From: Candidatus Cloacimonadota bacterium
GTDB lineage: Bacteria; Cloacimonadota; Cloacimonadia; Cloacimonadales; TCS61
Assembly: GCA_030445745.1 (NCBI GenBank)
Contig: JASUTE010000002.1
Location: forward strand, 30,859-94,858
Length of the DNA: 64,000 bases
Direction: 5' to 3'
Shown here piece by piece: positions 48,844-56,429 of the stretch. Position 1 is the first letter of the stretch. Every line of letters starts with the position of its first letter. Under the pieces are notes generated by a model. The model was given only the letters and a program-made list of their open reading frames with translations, did no database searches and was not told where the DNA came from. Made by a program: the position numbers and the translations under genes.

Positions 48844-49740
48844 TTACATAACAATATTGAAAACAAAGCCGCTTATAATTGCCGTTAAGAAAATAACAGT
48901 AACTATTGCAGCAACAAGTTTTATTTTAAAGATACCTGCCAACATACTCATTTCTGGTATAGCCATACCTGCTCCGCCAATAATTAAAGCGATGGCTGTG
49001 CCTATACCCATTCCTTTTCCCACAAGAGAAACTGCTATTGGAATTGCTGTTTCTGCTCTTATGTACAAAGGAATACCCACAACTGCAGCGACAGGAACAG
49101 CAAACATATTATCAGGACCAGCAATTCTTAACACAAAATCATCAGGCATATAGCCATATATACCCGCGCCTATGGCAACCCCAATCAGTAAATATAACAA
49201 AACTGGCTTTAGTGTTGACCAACCAGCAAATAATGATATTTTTACTTTATTTAAAAAAGGCAAATGCTGTCTTGTTTGTTCATTCTTTTTTACATTACCC
49301 TTTATTCGAATATTCTTTGTATATTTCTGAAATCCTGTTTTTTCAAGAATAAAACCCATAAATATGGATAGAATAAAAGCCAGTAAAAAGTAGAAGGCTG
49401 CAGATTTGACCCCCACAAGAACAGCCAGCATCCCAATAATAATAGGGTTTAATAATGGTGAAGAGATCAGGAAAGACATTGTAGCCCCAAACGGCACTTT
49501 TGCATTTAAAAATCCGACTGTCATAGGTATGGTGGAACAAGCACAAAATGGTGTCACGGCTCCGAGCATAGATCCAATAATATTTCCCAATAAACCTTTT
49601 CCGGAAAGAAATTTTTTCATCTTTTCTTCTGATATGTGCATCAATATAAATTCGATGATTGCGGTTATTCCAATAAACAAGACAACTAGCTCAATAGTTA
49701 TTTTGACAAAATACTGAAGCGTATCAATCAATGTGTTCAT
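48844..49740 (-). CDS. arsP: ArsP-like permease (PF03773-type predicted permease)
   Basis: 298 aa polytopic protein. The vicinal Cys pair in TPFCACSTIP matches ArsP-type organoarsenical efflux permeases. Confidence 0.65.
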   Translation of the reverse strand: MNTLIDTLQYFVKITIELVVLFIGITAIIEFILMHISEEKMKKFLSGKGLLGNIIGSMLGAVTPFCACSTIPMTVGFLNAKVPFGATMSFLISSPLLNPIIIGMLAVLVGVKSAAFYFLLAFILSIFMGFILEKTGFQKYTKNIRIKGNVKKNEQTRQHLPFLNKVKISLFAGWSTLKPVLLYLLIGVAIGAGIYGYMPDDFVLRIAGPDNMFAVPVAAVVGIPLYIRAETAIPIAVSLVGKGMGIGTAIALIIGGAGMAIPEMSMLAGIFKIKLVAAIVTVIFLTAIISGFVFNIVM

Positions 49741-49818
49741 GTATGCCTCCCTTTAAAATAATCATGCTTTTTATAAGGAAGACGATATGAAGCATAATAA
49801 AGACACATTTTATCAAAA

Positions 49819-50397
49819 TTATTCCAAATTTCTTAAGGGAGTACAGGTTTCTTTTACTATACAATGTAAAAAAGAGCCGTTTTTGTCATATTGGATATCA
49901 CAGCATTCAATAAATAAATCATAAAGCATTTTTCTGGCTCTTTGGATTCGCATTTTCGTCGCAGAAAGTGAAATATTTATGATTTTGGCTACCTCAGCCT
50001 GTTTTTTGTTTTCTATATCGCTAAGTAATAAGGGAATGCTATATTTATCTGGTAGTAATTTTATCATCGGAATTAAGTATTCTTTAGGGCTAAAGGTATC
50101 ATCTTTTTGCGAAAATTGTACTTCATCAATATATTCTATATAGGCTTCTATTTTATTTTTTCTTCCCCTGTAATAATCTATTAATGTGTTTCGTGTAATT
50201 TGGTATAACCAAGCTCTTAAGTTTTTTACAGGTACACTCTTTTGATGAGCTGAAATTACTTTCAGCATAACATCCTGAACTATATCTTCGGCCAAATGAA
50301 TATCTCCGGTTTTTCCGATCAGATAATTTTTTAATTGCTGATAAAAGTCTGAGACTATCATATCCAAATCACAACAATCAGTTTTTTCTTTATTCAT
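49819..50397 (-). CDS. ECF-type sigma-70 factor (SigZ-like) with Cys-rich C-terminal extension
   Basis: 192 aa. Sigma-2 (AEDIVQDVMLKV..WLYQITRN), sigma-4 HTH (QAEVAKIINISLSATKMRIQRARKML) and the tail ECCDIQYDKNGSFLHCIVKETC. Confidence 0.8.
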   Translation of the reverse strand: MNKEKTDCCDLDMIVSDFYQQLKNYLIGKTGDIHLAEDIVQDVMLKVISAHQKSVPVKNLRAWLYQITRNTLIDYYRGRKNKIEAYIEYIDEVQFSQKDDTFSPKEYLIPMIKLLPDKYSIPLLLSDIENKKQAEVAKIINISLSATKMRIQRARKMLYDLFIECCDIQYDKNGSFLHCIVKETCTPLRNLE

Positions 50398-50441
50398 CTC
50401 AAAAACCTACTATATGCTTCGATAATGTATTCATCGCTTGC

Positions 50442-50505
50442 GCCTAACGTGTGACGGTATGAAATCGTTGAGGTAAATGGGCTGCGTTCTTGTCCACCGT
50501 TGACG
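50442..50505 (-). other. attC-like site (64 bp) between arsM and the sigma gene
   Basis: The minus strand reads CGTCAAC-GG-TGGAC....GTCAC-AC-GTTAGGC. The 3' box GTTAGGC fits GTTRRRY exactly. AACG/CGTT, TG/CA and GAC/GTC pair with single unpaired bases. The central 35 nt are poorly paired. Confidence 0.35.
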
Positions 50506-50583
50506 AATTTGAAGCGAGGTAGGATGCTGAATGACCCACTTTTCCCCCAATGTTTTATAACACAGTGCGTAGTGATTTTATAC

Positions 50584-51342
50584 TCATTTTTTTATGGCTT
50601 CTAATTTAAGACTTTCTAATTTCAATCCGTTATACTGTCTTTCGCTTATCTCCTTATCTTCGGAGATAACATTCACCTCAAATCCAACCCTTTTAATCAT
50701 TTCTAAATATTCATCTCGTAAAATAGCTCCTCCAACACAACCTGCAATTAAATTAGAATCATTTCTTTGTTCAATTGTTAGCTCTTCTAATAAAACAATA
50801 TCAGAAATATATGCTCTTCCATATGTTTTTAGTACTCTATAAGCTTCCTTAAAAACGTTTTCCTTATTGGGTACTAAATTTATCACACAATTACTAATAA
50901 TCTTGTCAATCGAGCAGTCTGCCAGTGGTAATTGTTCAATATCACCGAGTTTAAATTCAACATTTTCATAATTATACTTTTTCGCATTTTCCCTCGCCTT
51001 AGATATCATTTCTTCTGTAATATCAATACCAATTACTTTTCCACTCATCCCAACCCGTTGAGCAGCAATGAATGTATCAAATCCAGCACCACTGCCTAAA
51101 TCCAGCACTACATCACCCTCATTGATTTTGACGTATGCCAAAGGATTTCCGCACCCAAGTCCAAGGTTAGATTCTGGAACCATATTTAATTCTCCAAATG
51201 AGTAACCAATACTTTTTGAGATATCCTCATTCGATAATAATGAACCACAGCAAGAAGAATCTGAACAACAACTTGAACTTCCACTCATAGCGATTGAACC
51301 ATATTTTTCTTGTATTATTCTTGTCACCTTTTTTTTATCCAT
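50584..51342 (-). CDS. arsM: Arsenite S-adenosylmethionine methyltransferase
   Basis: 252 aa. N-terminal Cys clusters SSSCCSDSSCCG, SAM motif VLDLGSGAGFD, and conserved Cys contexts SNCVINL and AGCVGGA. Confidence 0.8.
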   Translation of the reverse strand: MDKKKVTRIIQEKYGSIAMSGSSSCCSDSSCCGSLLSNEDISKSIGYSFGELNMVPESNLGLGCGNPLAYVKINEGDVVLDLGSGAGFDTFIAAQRVGMSGKVIGIDITEEMISKARENAKKYNYENVEFKLGDIEQLPLADCSIDKIISNCVINLVPNKENVFKEAYRVLKTYGRAYISDIVLLEELTIEQRNDSNLIAGCVGGAILRDEYLEMIKRVGFEVNVISEDKEISERQYNGLKLESLKLEAIKK

Positions 51343-51377
51343 TTTTAATCCTTTCGATTCTTTAATTTGAGTTCCCT

Positions 51378-51455
51378 CTAAAAACTCGATTTTAATTCAA
51401 TTATTTCTCTGAATAAGTTTACTAATTCTCCGGTTCTTTTTCTTCTCCTTGGCAT
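51378..51455 (-). CDS. Possible 25-aa leader or mini-ORF upstream of arsM
   Basis: My own translation: MPRRRKRTGELVNLFREIIELKSSF. SD AGGGGGAAAAG lies 4 nt before the ATG. Too short for the ORF track. Confidence 0.2.
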   Translation of the reverse strand: MPRRRKRTGELVNLFREIIELKSSF

Positions 51456-51717
51456 GATCTTTTCCCCCTTATAATAATATCTAAATTTCAGTATTTTATA
51501 GGAAGAAACCTATTTAACCTTTCACCATAACCTTTAAAAGAATATAATTTATATCTAATTTTTCGTCAGCAAGCTGTCAAACAGAAAATAATATTTATAT
51601 TGCACAAGGTTATTTGGTTAGCTTTGGTGTAAGTTGTGTGTGCTAAAAACCATATTGGCAGGCGGCATTATGTGGCTCGCTTGGCTCGTTACCATCAAAT
51701 TCTGCTACCTGATTTGT

Positions 51718-52167
51718 CAGACTTGCTTTGCAAAGTAATGTGAAGCGAGAATGACAAAAGCTGTTTCTATAGCTTACAAAAACATTGTCATTACGAGTTG
51801 TTCTTCTTGCAAAAACTTTTTCGAAGTAATCTGTTTTTCACATCAGGTTTAGTTACAGATTTATGCGCTGTAAGCGCATTGCTTCACCCATAAAGGGTTC
51901 GCAATGACGGTTTTTTTTTGTCATTTCGACTGGAAGTAGCGAAGCTACTGGAATGGAGAAATCTCTTTTTCTCTTAAAACTCTTATGAGATCTCTCGACT
52001 TCACTTCGTTCCGCTCGAGATGACAATTCAGTTCTCAAGAACCCCCTCTGCTCTGCTACGCTTGCCTTATGGAATGCAGCTATGCTGCCGGCTTTGCCGA
52101 TTCCACTAGGGCAGAGCTTTTCCCCTTAAAATGGGAGCCAAAAATGCGGTCATTCTGCCTGCCTAGC
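51718..52167 (+). repeat. Right long direct repeat bracketing the island
   Basis: Colinear with 44617-45025. It has a 1-nt deletion near 51835, T9 versus T8 at about 51910, and an extra insert of about 50 bp (52062-52110). Confidence 0.9.
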
Positions 52168-52291
52168 CGTAGCCTTTGGCGAAGGCTGGAGGCAAACCCC
52201 GAACTCGTTCGACGAAGAATCTAATTCTGAGACACAAAGCCCAGATGTTTCGTCTAAAATTGCCAAGATGAATTCCTCAATATGACGGGCT

Positions 52292-52852
52292 TTATAATTT
52301 TTCAGAAAGTTTTTCCGCCACCGCTTTTGGCACCAAGCCTGCCAGGTTTTCGCCTTTTTTCAGTTTTTGGCGTATTTGGCTGGCAGAAACAGCAGTAGGC
52401 GGCATCTTAAAGAAAGTGAAATTTCCTTTTAATTCGGTTTTTTGCCTATAGCCGGGGCGGTTAGCCACGGCAAAGTTAACGTTTTGCTGCAACCACGGCC
52501 AGTTGTGCCATTGGGGTAGTTTAGGCAGAATATCACAGCCAATAATGAAGTAGAACTGGTGTTGCGGATATTTTTGCTGCAATTTTTTAATTAGTTGGTC
52601 GGTGTAGCTGGGTTTGTTACCAGTATTATCGGCATAGCTTATCTTAAAATTAGGATAGTTCTGCAAAGCTGCTTGCAGTAGTTCACAGCGAAATGGGTAG
52701 GAAAGTTTATCTTCATTTGTTTTCAGGGGATTATTTTGCGAGGGAACGAACCAGATTTGCTCTAACTGCAATTTTTGCAAAGCAGCCTGGGCCAGAGCCA
52801 AATGTCCGTTGTGTACCGGGTTAAAAGAACCTCCCAAAAGTCCAATTTTCAT
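52292..52852 (-). CDS. nadD: Nicotinate-nucleotide adenylyltransferase
   Basis: 186 aa. GGSFNPVHNGH. Confidence 0.9.
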   Translation of the reverse strand: MKIGLLGGSFNPVHNGHLALAQAALQKLQLEQIWFVPSQNNPLKTNEDKLSYPFRCELLQAALQNYPNFKISYADNTGNKPSYTDQLIKKLQQKYPQHQFYFIIGCDILPKLPQWHNWPWLQQNVNFAVANRPGYRQKTELKGNFTFFKMPPTAVSASQIRQKLKKGENLAGLVPKAVAEKLSEKL

Positions 52853-52927
52853 AGCTCACTCCCCTATTTTCAAATAAAAAGGCAGAAAGAGTTTGGTAAC
52901 TGCTCTCTGCCTTTGGTCAAATTATAT

Positions 52928-53674
52928 TTATTCTGTTTCAGCTACCTTATCGTCATAGAGCTCGGCTATTTTTTTGGTTTCACCAGCCTCGGGATATTTG
53001 GTTTGCATCTTTTTCAGAGTTATTTCTGCCTGCGGCAGGTTTTCCCTTTCCAAATAGATGCGGGCAGCATAGTAAAGCGACATTTTATCGAGTTCGTTAG
53101 TATTTCCCAGCTCTATTATTTCGTTCAAATACAGTAGAGCAGAGCTGTAGTCGTAGATTTTGTAATAGATGCGCCCATTTTGGTATTTCTTTTCCAGCAG
53201 TTTGTAGTTGCATTTCTGAATGTAGTCGATAGCAGCTTGACGCCTAGAACCCTGAGGAAATTTTTCCAAATAAGTTTGGAAGGCATCTAGCGCCTGGTTG
53301 GTTTCTGTTTGGTCGTAATGCGCTGGTAAAGATTGCTCGAAATAGCAGACACCGATGCGAAAATAGGCTTTATCGATAGCTTCATAATCTGGGAAAAGAC
53401 GGATGAACTCTTTGTATTCAAAAAGTGCATCAGCATATTTTTCCTGATTGTAGTAGCAGTCGGCCAATTTCAGCTGTGCTTCAGCTGTGTAGATAGAATT
53501 TCTTTCGAAAGCTACATCGGTGAAGTAGGGGATCGCTTTGCGGTAATTCTGTTGTTGAAAATACTGGTTACCTAGCTCCATCTTTTTTTCCACCGGCAGG
53601 TCTTTGTTTATGCGGTTGCTGCTGCATCCCCATAGCACAATTATTAGCAAGATAGCTATCAGAATTTTTCTCAT
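52928..53674 (-). CDS. bamD: BamD/YfiO-like TPR lipoprotein
   Basis: Start taken at the internal Met (MRKILIAILLIIVLWGCSS), which gives a signal peptide plus lipobox; the track start is a GTG at 53725. The rest is TPR-like helices throughout. Confidence 0.55.
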   Translation of the reverse strand: MRKILIAILLIIVLWGCSSNRINKDLPVEKKMELGNQYFQQQNYRKAIPYFTDVAFERNSIYTAEAQLKLADCYYNQEKYADALFEYKEFIRLFPDYEAIDKAYFRIGVCYFEQSLPAHYDQTETNQALDAFQTYLEKFPQGSRRQAAIDYIQKCNYKLLEKKYQNGRIYYKIYDYSSALLYLNEIIELGNTNELDKMSLYYAARIYLERENLPQAEITLKKMQTKYPEAGETKKIAELYDDKVAETE

Positions 53675-53684
53675 AAATTTTTCC

Positions 53685-55100
53685 TTAACCCTTTTTAAAG
53701 AAAGCTTTATATCCTTTGTAGGCACTGTAAATATCGGCTTTACTGGTTAACTCGTACAAGGAGTGCATTCCCAGAACTCCTGGGCCGCAGTCGATAACTT
53801 CTGCGCCATGTTGAGCCATGAATTTAGCTATTGTACCACCGCCGCCCTCATCTACTTTGCCCAGTGAACCGATCTGCCAATTCACGTTTTCTTCGTTAAA
53901 AATTCTCATTATTTTGTGGTTGAATTCGGCATTAGCATCGTTACTACCACTTTTGCCGCCGCTGCCAGTGAACTTAGTTATGCTAACACCCTGGCCTAAA
54001 TGCACTGCATTTTCTTTTTCATGCACACTGGGATAGTTGGGGTTTATTGCTGCATTCACATCGGCAGATAGTATCTGGCTTTTAATAAGTGTTTTACGCA
54101 AATTAGCGCTACTAAAATCTTCCTGGTTATGTTTCAGCAAATCGGAAATAAAATCGAGGATGAAGATAGATTTAGCACCTGTATTTCCTTCGCTGCCAAT
54201 CTCTTCTTTATCTGCCAGATACACGATAGCAGTTTTTTCTGGGTGTTCAACTTCGAAAAGTGCTTCAGCAGAGGTATAAGCGCAACTGCGGTCATCTTGG
54301 CCATAGCCCAGCACCATGCTTTTATCCAGGCCGGCATCTCTGCTTTTACCAGCAGGAACTATTTCCAGTTCAGCACTTAGGAAATCTGCTTCGGTAATGT
54401 CGTATTTTTCATTCAAAAGCACCAGAGTTTGCAATTTTACCGCTTCTTTAATATCTTCGTCGTCATCTATGTAGGGCATGCTGCTAAATATTAAATTCAT
54501 TTTGGAAGCATCTACAGCTTCACCAATTTTTTTGCTATATTGCACCTTACGTGCCAGGTGAGGCAGTAGATCTGGCATTACGAAAACCGGATCATCTTCA
54601 TTTTCACCAATACTAATATTAACAGTTTCGCCTTCTTTGGTTATAACAACTCCGTGTAAAGAAAGCGGTGTAGACATCCATTGATATTTTTTTATACCGC
54701 CATAATAATGAGTTCTCATTATTCCCAGATTGGTGGTATTATCTTCGTAAAGCGGGTTTTGCTTTAAATCAACCCGTGGTGCATCGATATGGGAAACTAC
54801 CAGGTTCACACCCGTACTTACGGGTTGTTTTCCTATAATTGCCATAGCAGCGTTTTTATTACGGGCAATACGAAAGACTTTTTTACCTTTAGCGTCGTTT
54901 TCATCGAGATTGGTGAACTTTTTCTGAGAGAGAATTTTGGTAAAATAAGTTATTGTTTCACGAACTGTTTTACAAGTGCTCAAGAACTTCTTGTAATCTT
55001 CACAGAAATCGAATGCAGCTTCAGTTTCCTTGGGAAATTCTTTCCAGAAATTTTTCCGTTTGTAGCCCAGTTTTTCCTGTAATTCTTTAGCTTTTTTCAT
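53685..55100 (-). CDS. M18-family aminopeptidase
   Basis: 471 aa. VVSHIDAPR, DDRSCAY and EEIGSEG are typical of M18 (aminopeptidase I/ApeA-like). Confidence 0.8.
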   Translation of the reverse strand: MKKAKELQEKLGYKRKNFWKEFPKETEAAFDFCEDYKKFLSTCKTVRETITYFTKILSQKKFTNLDENDAKGKKVFRIARNKNAAMAIIGKQPVSTGVNLVVSHIDAPRVDLKQNPLYEDNTTNLGIMRTHYYGGIKKYQWMSTPLSLHGVVITKEGETVNISIGENEDDPVFVMPDLLPHLARKVQYSKKIGEAVDASKMNLIFSSMPYIDDDEDIKEAVKLQTLVLLNEKYDITEADFLSAELEIVPAGKSRDAGLDKSMVLGYGQDDRSCAYTSAEALFEVEHPEKTAIVYLADKEEIGSEGNTGAKSIFILDFISDLLKHNQEDFSSANLRKTLIKSQILSADVNAAINPNYPSVHEKENAVHLGQGVSITKFTGSGGKSGSNDANAEFNHKIMRIFNEENVNWQIGSLGKVDEGGGGTIAKFMAQHGAEVIDCGPGVLGMHSLYELTSKADIYSAYKGYKAFFKKG

Positions 55101-55109
55101 AGTAACTCC

Positions 55110-55580
55110 TTATTTAATTTCTAAAACTTTGAATTCACGATCGCCCACAGGGGCTTTCACTATGAACTTCTCTCCCACTTTTTTCCCAATTATGGCTTTG
55201 CCTATGGGTGAACTTACAGAAGTTCGCTCGTAGCCGTCATCTGTTGGGAAAATTTCATCAGGCCCCACAATTCTTTTTTTATATATCGTACCATTAGCAA
55301 GGTCTTTAATCTTTACAAAAGCCCCGAAGCGAACAGCATCTTTGGGAATATTGGTGGTATCTATCACCTGTAGTTTTTCTGTTCTGGATTTCAGGTGATT
55401 ATATTCATTTTCCAGTTGACGTTGACGTTCCCTAGCCGCATGATATTCAGCATTTTCGCTTAGATCACCCATCTCACGGGCTTCCGAGATCTGGCGAATA
55501 ATGGCCGGGCGCTCTTTGATGAGCTGACGCATTTTTTGTTGTAGTTTTTGCATTCCTTCTTTAGTGATGTAATTTGCCAT
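55110..55580 (-). CDS. greA: Transcription elongation factor GreA
   Basis: 156 aa. GDLSENAEYHAA and the C-terminal SPIGKAIIGKKVGE. Confidence 0.95.
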   Translation of the reverse strand: MANYITKEGMQKLQQKMRQLIKERPAIIRQISEAREMGDLSENAEYHAARERQRQLENEYNHLKSRTEKLQVIDTTNIPKDAVRFGAFVKIKDLANGTIYKKRIVGPDEIFPTDDGYERTSVSSPIGKAIIGKKVGEKFIVKAPVGDREFKVLEIK

Positions 55581-56404
55581 TATTGATTTATCCGCTTTTT
55601 ATGTTTTATTAATTTTTGACCATGTTGTCCAAGTTTTTTCAGCTTCACATTACCACTACCAGACCAGTTGGCTAACATCTCATCTATAACTTTTGCTTTG
55701 CAGCATATAGCTCCAACAAGAATCTCAGAAAATACAGGATTACGAGTGTTCTGGTAGTTTTGGTAAACCTGCAGATAGAAATCTGGATTAATCTTGAACA
55801 CATTTTTCAGAAAATGTATGTTCAACTTTTTCATGCTATCGGTGGCATAGAGCCAATTATTTTCCAATTTCCTAAAAATGGGTTCAATGTAGGAATTATC
55901 ATATTTTATAATTTTCACCAGCAACTTTTGCAGGGCATTGTTCATAAGCTCATTATCCTCTTTAATCCAATCCATTAAAGTATCCAAATAGGTCAAAGCA
56001 TCCTTTTTCAGCAGCGGATACAGCGATTTATCGATAACAAAGTTCAGCGCTTTCTGTTCCTGAAAGCCGAGTAATACTTTTTTTAAATAAGGCAGGAAGA
56101 AATCGGGGTTTTTCTTAACAGCTTTAGCCATAAGATAGGCAAACATTATGTAGCCGTATTCACCCTTATGCTTCAAAATATAATCATAAAATTCCACATA
56201 TTGATCAGCATTTTTAGCTAGTTTGGAAGCTAAGGTCTTTCCTACTAAAGTAATAACAGCTTGTGGTATTTTATTGTCTATTCTTTCTGGATATGCATTA
56301 TAAACTATGTCTATGTCGTAATCTTTCTGCGGAAGTTTACGCTGGTAAAAATCCAGAGTATCTTTTTTTAATCTTTCTTTCCAGTCCAATGAAATCATCA
56401 CCAA
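55580..56404 (-). CDS. Hypothetical helical-repeat protein
   Basis: 274 aa, predicted all-alpha, possibly HEAT-like or DNA-alkylation-repair-like. Family not confirmed. Confidence 0.35.
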   Translation of the reverse strand: MVMISLDWKERLKKDTLDFYQRKLPQKDYDIDIVYNAYPERIDNKIPQAVITLVGKTLASKLAKNADQYVEFYDYILKHKGEYGYIMFAYLMAKAVKKNPDFFLPYLKKVLLGFQEQKALNFVIDKSLYPLLKKDALTYLDTLMDWIKEDNELMNNALQKLLVKIIKYDNSYIEPIFRKLENNWLYATDSMKKLNIHFLKNVFKINPDFYLQVYQNYQNTRNPVFSEILVGAICCKAKVIDEMLANWSGSGNVKLKKLGQHGQKLIKHKKRINQ

Positions 56405-56429
56405 CTCCTTTCTGAGCGAGAACGGCCAG

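Noticed and set aside
48653-49153. 166-aa plus-strand ORF overlapping the Cys-peptide and arsP genes
   Set aside because: It is a low-complexity Ser/Phe/Ile-rich antisense product of an AT-rich membrane-protein gene. The opposite-strand genes have clear RBSs and family motifs.
51853-52038. 61-aa ORF (MRTELSSRAERSEVERSH...) inside the right direct repeat; similarly the 64-aa ORF at 48426..48620
   Set aside because: Both are translations of the hairpin repeat modules. The equivalent frame in the left repeat copy is broken by the T8/T9 length difference and by substitutions. There is no RBS, and the composition is typical of repeat-derived pseudo-ORFs.
44605-52291. Possible CRISPR array, because the intergenic sequence is repeat-rich
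   Set aside because: The repeats are long, colinear and mosaic. There is no short constant repeat with regular unique spacers, and no cas genes are present.
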